Part shown: positions 1 through 13,134 of the stretch, in pieces
Layout of the letters: each line of letters begins with the position of its first letter
How positions within the stretch are numbered: the stretch's first letter is position 1
From: Eledone cirrhosa
Taxonomy: Eukaryota
Direction of reading: 5' to 3'
Length of the DNA stretch: 64,000 bases
Assembly (NCBI GenBank): GCA_964016885.1
Contig: OZ024740.1
Coordinates: 376,650,001-376,714,000, forward strand
Program-made: the position numbers and the translations under genes
The notes under the pieces: generated by a model
The model's input: the letters and a program-made list of their open reading frames with translations, nothing else
Databases searched by the model: none
What the model was told of the DNA's origin: nothing

Positions 1-331
1 TGAAAGTGATTGTCGTTTTCCGTCTTTGTAGCTGTTATGCTACGTCTTTTAAACAAATATATGAATTATTTAAAAATATTTAATAATAATAGTTCTTTTT
101 AGGGATGCACAACAATGTTTGGTGTCGAGTAGACAAGGTTATTGATGATTCCAAAATACGGTTTAAATACATGGTTCCTTCTGCTCGTAGTGTATATTAT
201 TTTAATAAACAAATATTTCTATATTCTTTAATAATTTTGTTCGTTGAAATTGAGATATTCTAGCCTGCATCATACGACGGCGGGAATAAAGTAAGATAAG
301 ATAAATATTGTTTGGGCGTATTATTAAACTA

Positions 332-510
332 TGGATTGGCAGTATCGGTAGAGGGTCGCACGCCATACTTTCCAGCATAGTTACGTCCCTTTACGATCTG
401 AGTTCAAATCCCGCCGAGGTTGACTTTGCCTTTCATCCTTACGGGGTCGATAAAATAAAGTACCAGTAATGCACTGGGTAATTCCTGGCCTTGTGCCTAA
501 AGTAGAAACA
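332..510 (+). mobile_element. tRNA-derived SINE, family A, copy 1
   Basis: A-box-like TGGCAGTATCGG and B-box GTTCAAATCC. Central GCCTTTCATCCTTACGGGGTCGATAAA domain shared with at least 7 other copies in the window. 12-bp TSD ATTATTAAACTA at 320-331 and 511-522. Confidence 0.88.
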
Positions 511-559
511 ATTATTAAACTAATATATAAATTCAACAGTGAACAATATACAAATACAT

Positions 560-1030
560 CTACATAATTTTTATGATCTTAAAAAGGCATTTGACAGTGT
601 GCTTAGGTCTGCTATGTGACATATATTGGAAATTATCGGATCTCCGTTATCGGATCATTCCGCGATGATATGGTGGGAAGGTTGCTGCACAACAACCAAA
701 CCAACCAAACCTTCCGGATCATTTGTGGCTTAAAACAGGGTTGTGTCTTGGTGCCTACCCTGTTTTTCATCTATTTAGAAACTGACAGCGCTGGAGTAGA
801 CCTGCACGACCAAATTGATAGGGACTTCTTCAATTCTGTCCGCTTTCAATCTAAGAGAAGCACCACGGCCTTCAGAGTGACTGTTCCTCAGTTTGTCAAT
901 GTTATGCCTGTCTTGGTCATATATTTTGAAGGATCTGTGAGAAATTATACCAATGCCTACCAGTGAATGTAAATAAGACTAAAGTCATAACCCAACAACC
1001 CTCAGCATTAAATGGACCTGAACACAACAT
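560..1030 (+). pseudogene. degraded RTE-like LINE reverse transcriptase fragment
   Basis: Translates to FYDLKKAFDSV (about 568-600) and GLKQGCVLVPTLF, which are non-LTR RT motifs. Disrupted by stops and frameshifts. Confidence 0.65.
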
Positions 1031-1320
1031 AAAAATCCGAGGGATGGAGGTAGAGAGAGTGTCTCAATTTCCCTGCCTCGGATATATATATATATATATA
1101 TACATATATATGGGTCTGTGAGTATGTGTGTGCGTGAGTGTATGTGTCTGCGCCTGTGTGTATGTAGGTGGATGTGCGTTGGTGTGGTTGGCGTTTTGGT
1201 ATGTATATATATTATATATATATATATATGTATACACATGAAAATTATTTATTCTGCTATAATGCATTAAACTGAAATCACACAGTGGTGCCTGGCTCCA
1301 TGCCCTGCCCTCCTTCTCCA

Positions 1321-2106
1321 CTGGCACGCACCTAGACAACCATAGCCTGCGCATCGGCGTTTCCCTGAGGCTCGGCCGCCGGATCTGCCAGCGACACCAA
1401 TGTCGTTGCAGTTAACCGTGGACTCTTTCGGCCTCCACCCGCTTTCCTGTCGCCACAGTATCGGCCGCATTCCACGACATGCTGCCCTCAACGAGGTCAT
1501 TAATTATGGCTTGGACGCTGCAGGCTTCCCTTCCCAGCTCGACCCGATGGGGCTGGATCGAGGGGACGGTAAAGGGCCAGATACCACGACCATCTTCCCG
1601 TTCCGCGGTGGCAAACCCCTCGTCTGGGATGCCACTTGCACCGACACTTTCTGCAGTTGCAACCTGGTACAGAATGCGACTGACCCAGGTTCTGCTGCAC
1701 GTCGTGCTGAGGGGGGCCAAACTCCTCAAATACCGGTCGCTCTCTGACAAGTTTGCTGTATTTCCTCTCGCAGTGGAGACTTCTACTGTCCTCGGCCCCA
1801 GGGCTACCTCCTTACTCACCACCATAGGCGCTGAGCTGGCCAGCCGCAGTTGTGAGCCCCGCGAGTTGGAGTGGCTTTTCCAGCGCGTCTCCCTTGCCGT
1901 ACTCCGGGGAAACGCCTTCTCCATTCTCTCCGCCGGGGCTGTGGGTAGGCCCCATCGCGTACCGTTGTAGTTGTTGTATACAGATATTAACTCATCAATC
2001 CCATTGTCCTTCCCCTCTGCTCGTTGCTTGTTTTTATACCTTTTTTTCTTTTTCTCTCATACTTCCATCACTATTAAATATATACATTCCAAAAACAAAA
2101 AAAAAA
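1321..2106 (+). mobile_element. 5'-truncated CRE-clade non-LTR retrotransposon (restriction-like endonuclease end)
   Basis: ORFs 1400-1747 and 1479-1970 join across a frameshift near 1712-1720. Motifs: HPLSC..GRIPRHAALN, GLDRGDGKGPD, KPLVWDATCTDT, K..KY, PLAVET, WLFQRVSLAVLRGNA. GC-rich island ending in an A-rich tail at 2091-2106. Confidence 0.75.
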
Positions 2107-3301
2107 GGGAAATGAATAAAAGTTCTGTATCTATAAATATGAAACAATTTATAAAATTAATCCTTATATAAGCTGTCACACGTTGAGATATTTTGTTTTG
2201 TTTTTGTTTTGTTTTTCTTTTTTGCAAATAAGGCACTAAATATATCTATTGCATCCATTTTGTATTGTGTTTTATTAATACTGTTGAGATTGAAACTATT
2301 TCGTGCAATAATGCTAGAAATATACGTATTCTTTTGAAGATTAGGGAAGCAGCTGTTCCCAGTAAAACTAATAATTATTTCAAGCTGACAATCTCATAAT
2401 AGGAAATTGTATTTCGTTTTGAACAAATATGAGTTATTTATTATATAAAATTATGGAAATATGTTTTGATAATTACGCAAATATCATTGGGAAAAGTAAA
2501 TAAATATTCCACATATCTAATGTTGGTATCCAAAAATACATCTTTACGTACTTCAAATATATTCTTTGATAATTCTTTTAGAGAAAGGATTTTATATCTA
2601 CAGTTCGTATAATGAATTTTATTTAAAATTATAATCCTATGTGGCTATTGACTTAAAGAAAACAGGTGAATGAAATAGGATTTCCATTATTATACAATAT
2701 CTTGAAAGTTCATAGACTTGTTTTAGAATAGTGATTTCTCAATTCGGCGCAAGATTACAAATTTCTACTGGAAATGTTTTTCGATTATTAATCACATTAA
2801 CGAGTTAATAGCAAATGATCGCAACAGGAAAATGCAATAGATTCTAACATCTGATATATTAAATACATTGCATATGATTTTTAATATTGTATTTAAAGGA
2901 ACACGAATGTGTGGTATTCAGGCATTTCATTGTGTGACATAGGTCTGTAGAATTACATCGAGAAATATATTTACCTCGCACCCTCTAAGATCGTGTGGTG
3001 GTATTTCCACGATTTTTAATGTAGTTAATCGTAGGCTAACCTGATTAAAGTTTATGTGGGAGTGCTCTGAATTAAATGTTTCATATATAATGGTTTGACT
3101 AGGCATAAATATCAAATATGTCAGGAAACTGAACGTGATTCAGGGTTTTCGGCAGCATACTCGTGGCCCAAATGCACTTGGAGACCTCAATAAATATCAA
3201 AATATATCATCCCATATAATCGCCTTCAAATTAAATCTGAAACAGCCCTTACAATTTTCATGTTTTTCGTCTCTATTCATTATTTTACTGCTTTCAAAAG
3301 T

Positions 3302-3498
3302 CGGTGGACTGGCAGTATCAGTAGAGCATTGGAGACCTTGCTTTGCACCATACAGGTATGGCCCTTTACGTGCTGAGTTCAAATCCCGCCGAGCTTGGCT
3401 TTGCCTTTCATCCTTGCGGTATCGATAAAATAAAGCACCATTTAATCAACTTTCCACTTTCCCCAAATTGCTGGCATTGAGCCTATAGTATAAATCAA
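3302..3498 (+). mobile_element. SINE family A, older diverged copy
   Basis: Same A/B boxes and central domain as 332-510, with more substitutions. Confidence 0.8.
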
Positions 3499-3501
3499 AG
3501 G

Positions 3502-3692
3502 GCGGTGGATTGGCAGTATCGGTAGAGAGTCGGACACCATACTTTGAAGCATAGAGTTACGTCCCTTTATGATCTGAGTTCAAATCCCGCCGAGGTTAAC
3601 TTTGCCTTTCATCCTTACGGGATCGATAAAATAAAGTACCAGTAATGTACTGGGTAATTGCTGGCCTTGTGCCTAAAATAGAAACAATTATT
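3502..3692 (+). mobile_element. SINE family A copy, tandem with the preceding one
   Basis: High identity to 332-510. Ends GGCCTTGTGCCTAAAATAGAAACAATTATT. Confidence 0.88.
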
Positions 3693-5770
3693 TTACTGGT
3701 TTCAATTGGCACAAATATTTCTATGATATCGACAACTACATCGAGCTCAGTGCATTATTTTAATTTGTGGTAATTATTTTGTCAACCATGGAAAGGTGAG
3801 AGACAAAACAGACCACAGTTAGATTTAAACCAAGAACATAATAGATCGTAACTATCTAAAGTAAATCATTTCACCTCCCACTCTACTGTTTCTGTCACCT
3901 ACTTCCTATTTACAGCTTAACGACATGAATGTTCTATTTAGTCAGATGATCTATTGAAGTATATATCCTTTCATAATAGAAGAAGAATCTGACCATATGT
4001 TATTAATTTTATCTGGTTAGAGGGATGCACATCTACTTCTCATCTTATCTTTATATGGTGTGAAGTGCTGCATGCAAATAATACTAGTGAATGCTTAGTT
4101 TGAGTGATGTTACAATTAAGTGAAATAGGCTTGCAGTTAAATATACTGTATGTATGTTTAAACTGTCGCACATACTTGTTAACTGAGGAAAAGTCAATAG
4201 ACAATTCAGAACCGAAGATAAAATTTAATTCTGACAAGTTCGAATCTTCTCTTCATAGTCCACTATAATTGATTATAAATAAAACATTCTAAGCAAAGTT
4301 AACTTTGAAACTATTGGAATTAGGTAGTGATGATTTTAATTAACCATTAATTTACTTGTAATAGCTATGATAAATTTATATTTATGTAATATATTCGGCA
4401 GGTCTCTCTAGTTTTTTCCAATTATATCGACCTTTATATTATGGGAAATTAAACTCAACACTACAAGCCATCAAATCACTTGACAAATTATCACATACAA
4501 CCGATATTCTAACCAGTCAAACGCTGCAGATTTTCTTTCGAATAAATACTGAAGTTGATTTAGATGCTCCTTAGTGAGTCTTTATCGTGTGATTCTAGCA
4601 GCAATGTTGATACGGTATTATTTTTGTGTTTATGCAATGTAAATTTGAAGAGATAGATTATTTCAATATAATAGATCCCGTTATTAATATGAAACTGAAC
4701 TGACATTTAAATGCATAAAGTGAAACCCCGTTGAAGCATATAAATATAGTATCAATTCCACGTAGTATTTTACACGTATTACATTTCACTAAATTCATTC
4801 TAAATGAGTGACCCTCTATTGAACCACATTACACAACTACACTAAAGTGCAGAAAGCAGTCTGAGGTTTTTAATTCCAGTCCTGAATTAACTAACGAGTT
4901 GTTCAACTTGCTAAATAGATTCATCAACTCTGCTTTGCTTTTGTCCTTCATAACATTAATCAATAATGTTCTGCATTATTATGGAGCGGAGTTCAGCACA
5001 ACATTGCAACGTAACTATACACAAATCAATTATACAGTATTTCTGTAAATTGTTGTTGTAGAATGTTTACAACTGGAAGAAGTGAGAAGGTTGTTATGCA
5101 ATGGCTGATGACTTAACAGTCCAGATAATGTACTAATACGCCTGGATTACAGAGAAACACAAGTACTTCATTATATTAAAGTATGAACATTCCAGTCATA
5201 AATAGGCTGTAACTTACAGTTCTGTACTGAGGTATATATTTCCAAGTGGGTATTTTCCCTGTGTATTCTGGTAAAATCAATTGAGCAATGTAGTGAATTA
5301 ATATTCATGACGTATAATGGTTACACATTAATCTCATAACTGGTCCCTTTAGAAAAATAAAGATTCGATCAAAGAAAATGTTATCAGTAATGGGGAATAT
5401 ATGAATATATCAACAAACTCATTTAACACAAAACGATCACGACTTGATATACAAAACAAATCCCTGTTGAACTCACCGTAACACAATTCATTGATGCTTT
5501 ATTCCATTATTTTTTACAAATTATGAATAAATAAATAACACAGCAGCGTTGTATATACTAATAAATCTTACTTCATATTTAACATCAATTTAGTGTCGAT
5601 AGATTTTCCAACGTTTTCAAAAGATAAGTAAGCATTAGTCTAACCTCAAACGGAATTATGAATGATATATATTTTCTGAATGAATTAAGAAAACACGTAA
5701 CCTTTGCAACATACATCGTTGGGAGTGGTAAATACTAAATGTAACATAACTGAAGATATAAATTGTAATC

Positions 5771-5801
<31 letters not shown>

Positions 5802-5835
5802 GGTGTGTATGTGTGTGTGCGTGCCTGTGTGTGTG

Positions 5836-5899
<64 letters not shown>
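5771..5899. repeat. compound (TA)n/(TG)n microsatellite
   Basis: Directly visible. Confidence 0.95.
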
Positions 5900-5901
<2 letters not shown>

Positions 5902-6625
5902 AAATTAAGATAAATCAAATCAATTTAATCTAAATCAAAATTATGGGTGTCATGCCAGAAAGACATGCGCCATATCACCCGCAAAATAAGCTCTATATAA
6001 ATACGGCTCCTTAATTGTAGAGCTAACTCTGTTGAAAGGACGCGACTGCTGTTTCTAGTTGTCGATAACCCTATTCATGCCACTGGGACGAAGCTAGTAT
6101 GATGTGTGTATTTCTAGTAAATACTACACGTGCTGGCCAGTTGCTGATTTGAACTTGAAGTGTAAACACAGATTGCTGGAAATTTCTTCCTTGTTAAAAA
6201 TCCAAATCTTCACTTCTGTGATTTACCATCTGATTAATTGGTGAAATATATTTCTTTAATGGAATATATACAGGGAAGATTAATCATATTATAAGGTATC
6301 TATTTTTGAAGTTCTGGTCAACTTTATTTAGTTACCTACCTAACTATGTGTGGTTACACACTTGTAAAAATTATCTCCTGTGATTATTCATGTTTATTTA
6401 TATGTTGATCAATCTCTAGTTATTATTTATATATATATATTTATATATATTATAGTTAAAACAGAAAACAAAAACAAAGTGAAGAGTGCAGTACAAAGGG
6501 TTAGTATTAGGTTCACGCTTGAGAGTGGTGGGGGGGTAAAGTAATCCAACTTATTTTACTAACCGGATAAAAAAAATAAACCGTACGCAGTCCCGCAACC
6601 TTCCTTTGTTATAGTTTAGATATGA

Positions 6626-6815
6626 GGTGGATTGGCAGTATCGGTAGAGGGTCGGAGGCCATGCTTTGAAGCATAGAGTTACCTCCCTTTATGATCTGAG
6701 TTCAAATCCCGCCGAGGTTAATTTTGCCTTTCATCCTTACGGAGTCGATAAAATAAAGTACCAGTAATTCACTGGGATAATTGCTGGCCTTGTGCCAAAA
6801 GTAGAAACAATATTA
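6626..6815 (+). mobile_element. SINE family A copy
   Basis: High identity to 332-510. Confidence 0.88.
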
Positions 6816-6844
6816 TAACAATATCACCCTCCCCAACTATAACA

Positions 6845-6890
<46 letters not shown>

Positions 6891-6894
<4 letters not shown>

Positions 6895-9648
6895 GTGGTG
6901 TGCCATAAAAAGCAAGATCACAATACTAACGCTCCCTGTGTATTTTCCAATTATAAATGCCGCAATGGTAAAATAAAATATATTTTGTATAAAATAAATT
7001 ATTTTGAGTTTTGCTTATATCATGGTGATTATAGTGGAAAGTGTGATTATGTTGCATGAAATCATGAAAATGTGAAACCAAATATGACCATACAATAATT
7101 GTTTATTTTATTAATCCATTACATTTAGTAAACCAGCTTTGAATATAAAGGCGTACAAGGAAGAAACAAGTTCAGTTAAGTTAACTCCAGTCATATTTTT
7201 TTCAGAGTTTCTTTTTTGAAATCCGGGACCTTGCGACGATGAGCTTCGACTACTTGAAGAACACACTGCTTCTCCTACTCATTCTTGGTGATGGCAACAA
7301 AATCAGTTATCAACTTGTCTGGTCTCTCCGCCAGATCGTTGACTACCTTGATATTGTGAATAACAGCACAAGCATTTTGATATGACGCTTGTGAGGACCA
7401 AGTTGCAGGTGACAGCTCAAGCCAAGTATCGACGTGACCAAGGAGATCGAACAGAAGCCTTGATTTCTTCCAAACTAGATGAGGCAGCTTCGTGGACGAC
7501 TTCAACTGGATCACCACGTCGAGAGGCCCAGACGTTTTCGTTTTGACAAGACGTTGGGCTATTTGTTTCTTCTCGGACTCTTGGGCCCGACTTGAAAACA
7601 GCGCTAGTGGAATGGCTACCTCCGTCAGGTACCAAAGATGCCTGCTCAGAGCAGTAGTAGCTGCCTGCGAGAGATCTCTGTCAACCTTGCTGTACTGTGT
7701 CAACGCCACGTAGAATTGAAGGTCATTGGATAGTGCATCAGCACACTTGACTGCTGTCAGCCAGTATCGCACGTAGAACAGAGCATTGAACATACAGATC
7801 CGGCGCAACTTTTCCATTTTAGCTTGATCGTAATTGAGTCGCTCACCAAATGCATACATCTTTGCACTATAGATGATTGTGGTCATCCACCGAGCGTTAT
7901 GATGTGCACCAGGCAGCATCCAATGAATTCCACGAGGAGGGGTGACACCAAGCAAGATCAACATCAACTCGGCACATTCTCGGTAGTCGTCCCGTGGAAG
8001 AGAACTCATTTTCCCATCGTCGGATGTCAGCAAATATTGGAGGTACTTGATGTTCTCAGAATAGAGACGCTTGAGTCTCCGGTCGACAATGTTCAATGTT
8101 TTAAAGTTGGTCTTCTCCGTGAGTGACATACAATATTTTTTTAACTCCTTGAGCTCTGGGGTGTCTGGTCTGGACATTGCTCCGAATAGTTGTTGCCACA
8201 CAGCACACAATATACGCTTGGTGCCGACAAGCAAAATAAAACATCTTTTTGTTGAGCATCTCTTCTAGTTTCACGCAGGTACCATTTTTCCATTCAGAAT
8301 TCGAAGCAGTTGTGTCGAAGACCAAGCCCACCACAGACCCATCAACATTCCAATCTTTAAGAAGATCAAATGATGCTTTGGCTTGGGAGGTTCCAGTGCC
8401 ATCAGGAGTTATGGGAACACCGAGGAGTTTACATTCTCTGAAGTCCGGAGTTCCAGGAACTAGCACACCTAGCCTCTCGTGATCACCAGCAATTATTTTG
8501 CCATCCCAATGCAAGGTAACACAGTCTGGTACAGCAAATAGTTCTTTTATGTGTTCAGCCCTCACAGTTCTGATCTTCTCAGCTGCACGTCTGCTACTAT
8601 TCTTGGAGAGAGTTGTGGCGTCTATGTCAGTCCCACCCTCAGAAATAATCGATGCCATAAATGCTGTTCTCTGGCCCAGTGTCAGGTTTAAACGATCAAA
8701 CATTATAGAAATTTTGGGACTTTGAAATGGATTCTTTGGGAGTTCCAGCTACATTTTTCGTTTCTTGTCTGTCTCTGGGTTGGTTTGAGGCCTGAAATTC
8801 AGGATCCTGTTCATCTTCAATTTCATCATTGGTTGAACTTGAATCACTCAGATCATTATGTGGAAGTTGTGGTGCTACAGATCCTTACAAACGCTTTCTA
8901 TAATTCACTGACTCTGGACGAACCACAGATACCTGATCACGCTTAAACTTTGAAGATACCTTTTTCTGGTAACCATTGTCTTCAGCACCCAGAGATACTT
9001 ATTTCTGGCTACGCAGGGCTTCGAAAAATGTAGCATCTTCCATTTTCTGTTCATTATTACGAAGACGGTCTTTCAAAATTTTCTTTCCATCATCAGTATG
9101 TGCAATGTAGAAATACGAATCCAATTCAGAAATAAATAGTGCTTCTTTTCTTTGTTTGACTTAGAACCTTTGTTTTTTTGTAAATTTCTGTATTTACTGT
9201 ATATGTTCATAATTTTCAGTTCCACTTTGTCTTTTCGTTGAGCCGCCACAGCAGTTTTTCCCACTGACTAACTACTTCCATCACAAGCCTATCCGCAATA
9301 GCACCATTGAAGCTCACATACTTTTCGTGTTTCATAGAACGATCTTTCAGGTAGAAGAAATATCTTAGAACACCCCCTTTGTTGGTATTTTGTTTGGTGA
9401 AAAGGATATAACATATTGCCCCAGGAGCCATATTTCTCGATCATCACAACGGAACGAGTAGCTAAAACTAGGCCCACTGGTTTCCGCCATTATTCTGCCA
9501 ATTTGCAACTATTAGGCAATGCATAAATTAGTCTGAAATAAGCAAAATTATATTATAAATTGATAATATACAAAATGGCATGAGAAAATGCATAGGGAGC
9601 TAAGAAAAAAACACTTTTGTGTAAAATGTGTGATTCTAGAACACCCTA
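6891..9648 (-). mobile_element. decayed cut-and-paste DNA transposon, hATm-like (hAT superfamily)
   Basis: Short imperfect inverted termini TAGAGTG (6891) and TAGGGTG (reverse complement ending 9648), set in (TA)n on both sides. Contains fragmented transposase ORFs. The subfamily call is from recalled motifs. Confidence 0.7.
7275..9477 (-). pseudogene. DDE transposase pseudogene
   Basis: ORF 8101-8703 has LHWDGK, FDTTASN and ACRH (CxxH-type). ORF 7275-8234 has PGAHHNARWM, HLWYL and VVNDLAER. Frameshift near 8200. N-terminus fragmented over 9073-9477. Confidence 0.8.
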
Positions 9649-9897
9649 ATATATATATATATATAAATAAATATTTATATATAAATATATATAAGTATGT
9701 ACACGTACATACATATATGCATACAGACGTATAGTAGTATGTATATATATATACATACATGCACACATATATATATGTACGTATGGATTCACCGAACATT
9801 TATTATAATGCTCGGTGTGTTTGTAAACAAACATCGCATATTAAGCCGTAGTGTCTAATAACCATCGTTGCTCGTTTGTTCAACACTGACAAAGGAA

Positions 9898-9938
9898 CGC
9901 TGTACTAGTTTCAAGCTTATTAGCTATCGTCAGCAACG
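9898..9938 (-). ncRNA. minimal type I hammerhead ribozyme
   Basis: Minus strand reads CGUUG-CUGACGA-uAGCUaauaAGCUu-GAA-ACUAGU-A/CAGCG. Full core, 5-bp stem I, 4-bp stem II, palindromic stem III, GUA cleavage site. Confidence 0.8.
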
Positions 9939-10316
9939 TATACCTTTTCTGCCAGATTGTTGAACGTATATACTTACCTTATGCATATTAACGACTGAGT
10001 AGCCCAATTTGCATATCTAGTGGGTTAATCGGCCGGGTACACCGAAAACGATATACGGAAAAAATGAAACGAAATTTCATTTCCCACTCTTAGTACGGCT
10101 GTTACTTAAATATAAATATGTACACATACATACATATATGTATACATACGTACAGTAGCATGTACATATATACATACATGCACACATATATATATGTACG
10201 TATGGATTCACCGAACATTTATTATAATGCTCGGTGTGTTTGTAAACAAACATCCGGTATTAAGCCGTAGTGTCTAGCAACCATCGATGCTCGTTTGATC
10301 AACACTGACAAAAGAA

Positions 10317-10357
10317 CGCTGTACTAGTTTCAAGCTTATTAGCTATCGTCAGCAACG
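10317..10357 (-). ncRNA. minimal type I hammerhead ribozyme, second copy
   Basis: Identical to 9898-9938, 419 nt away. Confidence 0.8.
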
Positions 10358-10743
10358 TATACCTTCCTGCCAAATTGTTGAATGTATATACTTACCTTAT
10401 GCATATTAACGGCTGAGTAGCCCAATTTGCATATCGAGTGGGTTAATCGGCCGAGTGCACCGAAAACGAAAATTTCGTTTCATTTTTTCCGTTTATCGTT
10501 TTCGGTGCACCCGGCCGATTAACCCACTCGATATGCAAATTGGGCTACTCAGCCGTTAATATGCATTATAATAAATGTTCGGTGAATCCATACGTACATA
10601 TACAGTATATGTGTGCTTGTATGTATATATATATATACATACTACTGTACGTCTGTATACATATATGTATGTACGTGTACATACTTATATTTAAGTAACA
10701 GCTGTACTAAGAGTGGGAAATGAAATTTCGTTTAAATTTTTCC

Positions 10744-10938
<195 letters not shown>

Positions 10939-11043
10939 AGTATTGAAGTTTCCGTTGAAAATTGATTGAAAAAGTCATAGGAGTGAAGAGTGCTCTATAT
11001 AAGTACCAGCGCTAAATTTAATGTATAATAAACAATACAATAT

Positions 11044-11121
11044 AATTACCTCATTACCAGAGGTTTCCCGAATAAGACGAATACGAAAAACATCCTCATT
11101 CCTTCATCGGACAAGGCATTT
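11044..11121 (-). ncRNA. hammerhead-like ribozyme in Penelope pLTR
   Basis: CCGAUGA, long stem II, GAA-ACCucuGGU-A, then AUGAGGUAAUU pairing with the upstream UGCCUUGU. Carries a U4>C change in the core. Confidence 0.6.
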
Positions 11122-12319
11122 TAAAACATAGTGAAATATTTGAAAAATCTCCTCAAGAAAGGCAAGAGTTTAACGGGCAAAATATATATAAAAGATATAT
11201 ATAAAAATAAGGAAATATAGTTAGGGTATATGTATAAATGTGTATATATTCACTCACAAATGTACATATGAGTGTATGTACAAATTCATGTGTATAGTGA
11301 AAATGTGTGTGTGCGTAAGTACATATATGAGGGCAAGCATAATAGTGTATGTGTGACCAATACGTATATAATATAAGTTGAAAAATAATGTACATCCAGA
11401 TTTTTGGTATTAAATATATACACATACAAGTATGAAAGCACGCGTATAAACACACACGCGCGATCATTTCTATGCGGAAGATAAAAAGGGAAGGGAGGAT
11501 ATTAGTCAAAAAGAGTGTCATATTCGATACATATAAAAATGAAACAATATATGAGAAAGAAAAAAATGTTGTTTAAATCAAAGAGAAAATAAGAGGGAGG
11601 GGTTATCAATTATAAATTAAAACTAGAGAAAAAGAAATCAAACATAGGTTCGCACATACGCACATATACATATAAACATATATATATATATGAATACGTA
11701 AAGACAAAAGCGCATGCATACGTACATACACACGGAACATACATATATATACATATATCGGCACACGTATGTACGCGGCTATATATATATACATATATGT
11801 ATACATACACATACATACATATACATATACATATATATATACATACTTATACACATACGTTCACCACATACACACACTCGTATAAATATAGATATAATAA
11901 ACACATACTCACACATATAGACACACACACGCACACATACGGAGGCGCATGCACACTCACACGCATAGATACAAATTATAGAACAGCCATATGAAAAAAA
12001 GAAATATAAATATAAAAGCGGCTGCCAAACAACAGGATATATCTGGAGTTGAAAACGCAAGTGACAGTGCTATCAGGTAGTGAAAGAAAATGGGGAAATA
12101 AAGTGTAGAATGTGAAGATATTAGGTAAGTGAATAAAAAAAATGGGGAGCGGGGGGGTCACTGAAAATAAAAATGAAAATAAAGTTCAAAATGAAAGTAA
12201 ATGAGAAAGAGAAGTCTGTAAAGAGGATAATTTAAGGAAAGTGATGAACAAAAGTGTATGGAGGATAAGTATCTGAAAGTGAGTTAAGTTTATATGAGCT
12301 GGAAAGCAAGTGTGATTTC

Positions 12320-12695
12320 ATGTGTGTGCAACTAGTGGAAATTTCTGTTTATGTATTTAGGCAGGTTTTTGGTGATTTAAGGTTCTGTAAAATCCAATAT
12401 TTTTCACTTATGCAGTGTGCATCTTCTTGTTCCTCTTGCATATTCTTTAGATTAGTTCAAAATTGACCAATCCAATTTATATTGGATAGCTTGGTCTTTC
12501 AAATCCCATATTCTGCTAGCCAGAGCTGTTGTAAATCTTTTTTCTGGATGTCGGAAAGATGCGACATGTGAGTAATAACGCGTTTTGAATTTGTCTTGTG
12601 TCATATCCACATATCGTTCGTTGGTGGCTGGTAGGTTATTGCTGATGGTTGTCACTTTAGCCGCATATACAATGGCTTTGGTGTTGCATTTACCT
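12320..12695 (-). pseudogene. GIY-YIG endonuclease fragment of the Penelope element
   Basis: Homologous to ORF 57650-58054. In-frame stop at 12452. Confidence 0.8.
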
Positions 12696-13134
12696 TTCTC
12701 GTATATTGTTTCATTTTTATATATATCGAATATGACACTCTTTTTGACTAAAACCCTCCCTTCCCTTTTTATCTTCCGCATATAAATGATCAGGCGTGTG
12801 TGTTTATACGCGTGCTTTCATACTTGTATGTGTATATATTTAATACCTACATCTGGATGAACATTATTTTTCAACTTATATTATATACGTATTGGTCACA
12901 TATACACTATTATGCTTGCCCTCATATACGTACTTACGCACACACACATTTTCACTATACACATGCATTTGTACATACACACATATGTACATTTGTGAGT
13001 GAATATATACACATTTATACACATACCCTAACTATATTTCCTTATATTTACATATCTCTTGGTTTATTTTTTTTTTTGCCCGTTAAACTCTTGCCATTCT
13101 TGAGGAGATTTTTCAAATATTTCACTATGTTTTA

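Noticed and set aside
332-420. tRNA gene
   Set aside because: A and B boxes are present, but the sequence continues into a multicopy SINE body with TSDs and no cloverleaf is evident.
6055-6105. Hammerhead-like UCGAUAA...GAAGCUAGUA
   Set aside because: Several core mismatches and weak stems, so it is indistinguishable from chance.
12697-12781. N-terminus of ORF 12452-12781 as part of the endonuclease
   Set aside because: It derives from the inverted pLTR fused at the truncation point. The intact reading is ECPLQGKC, as at 57650.
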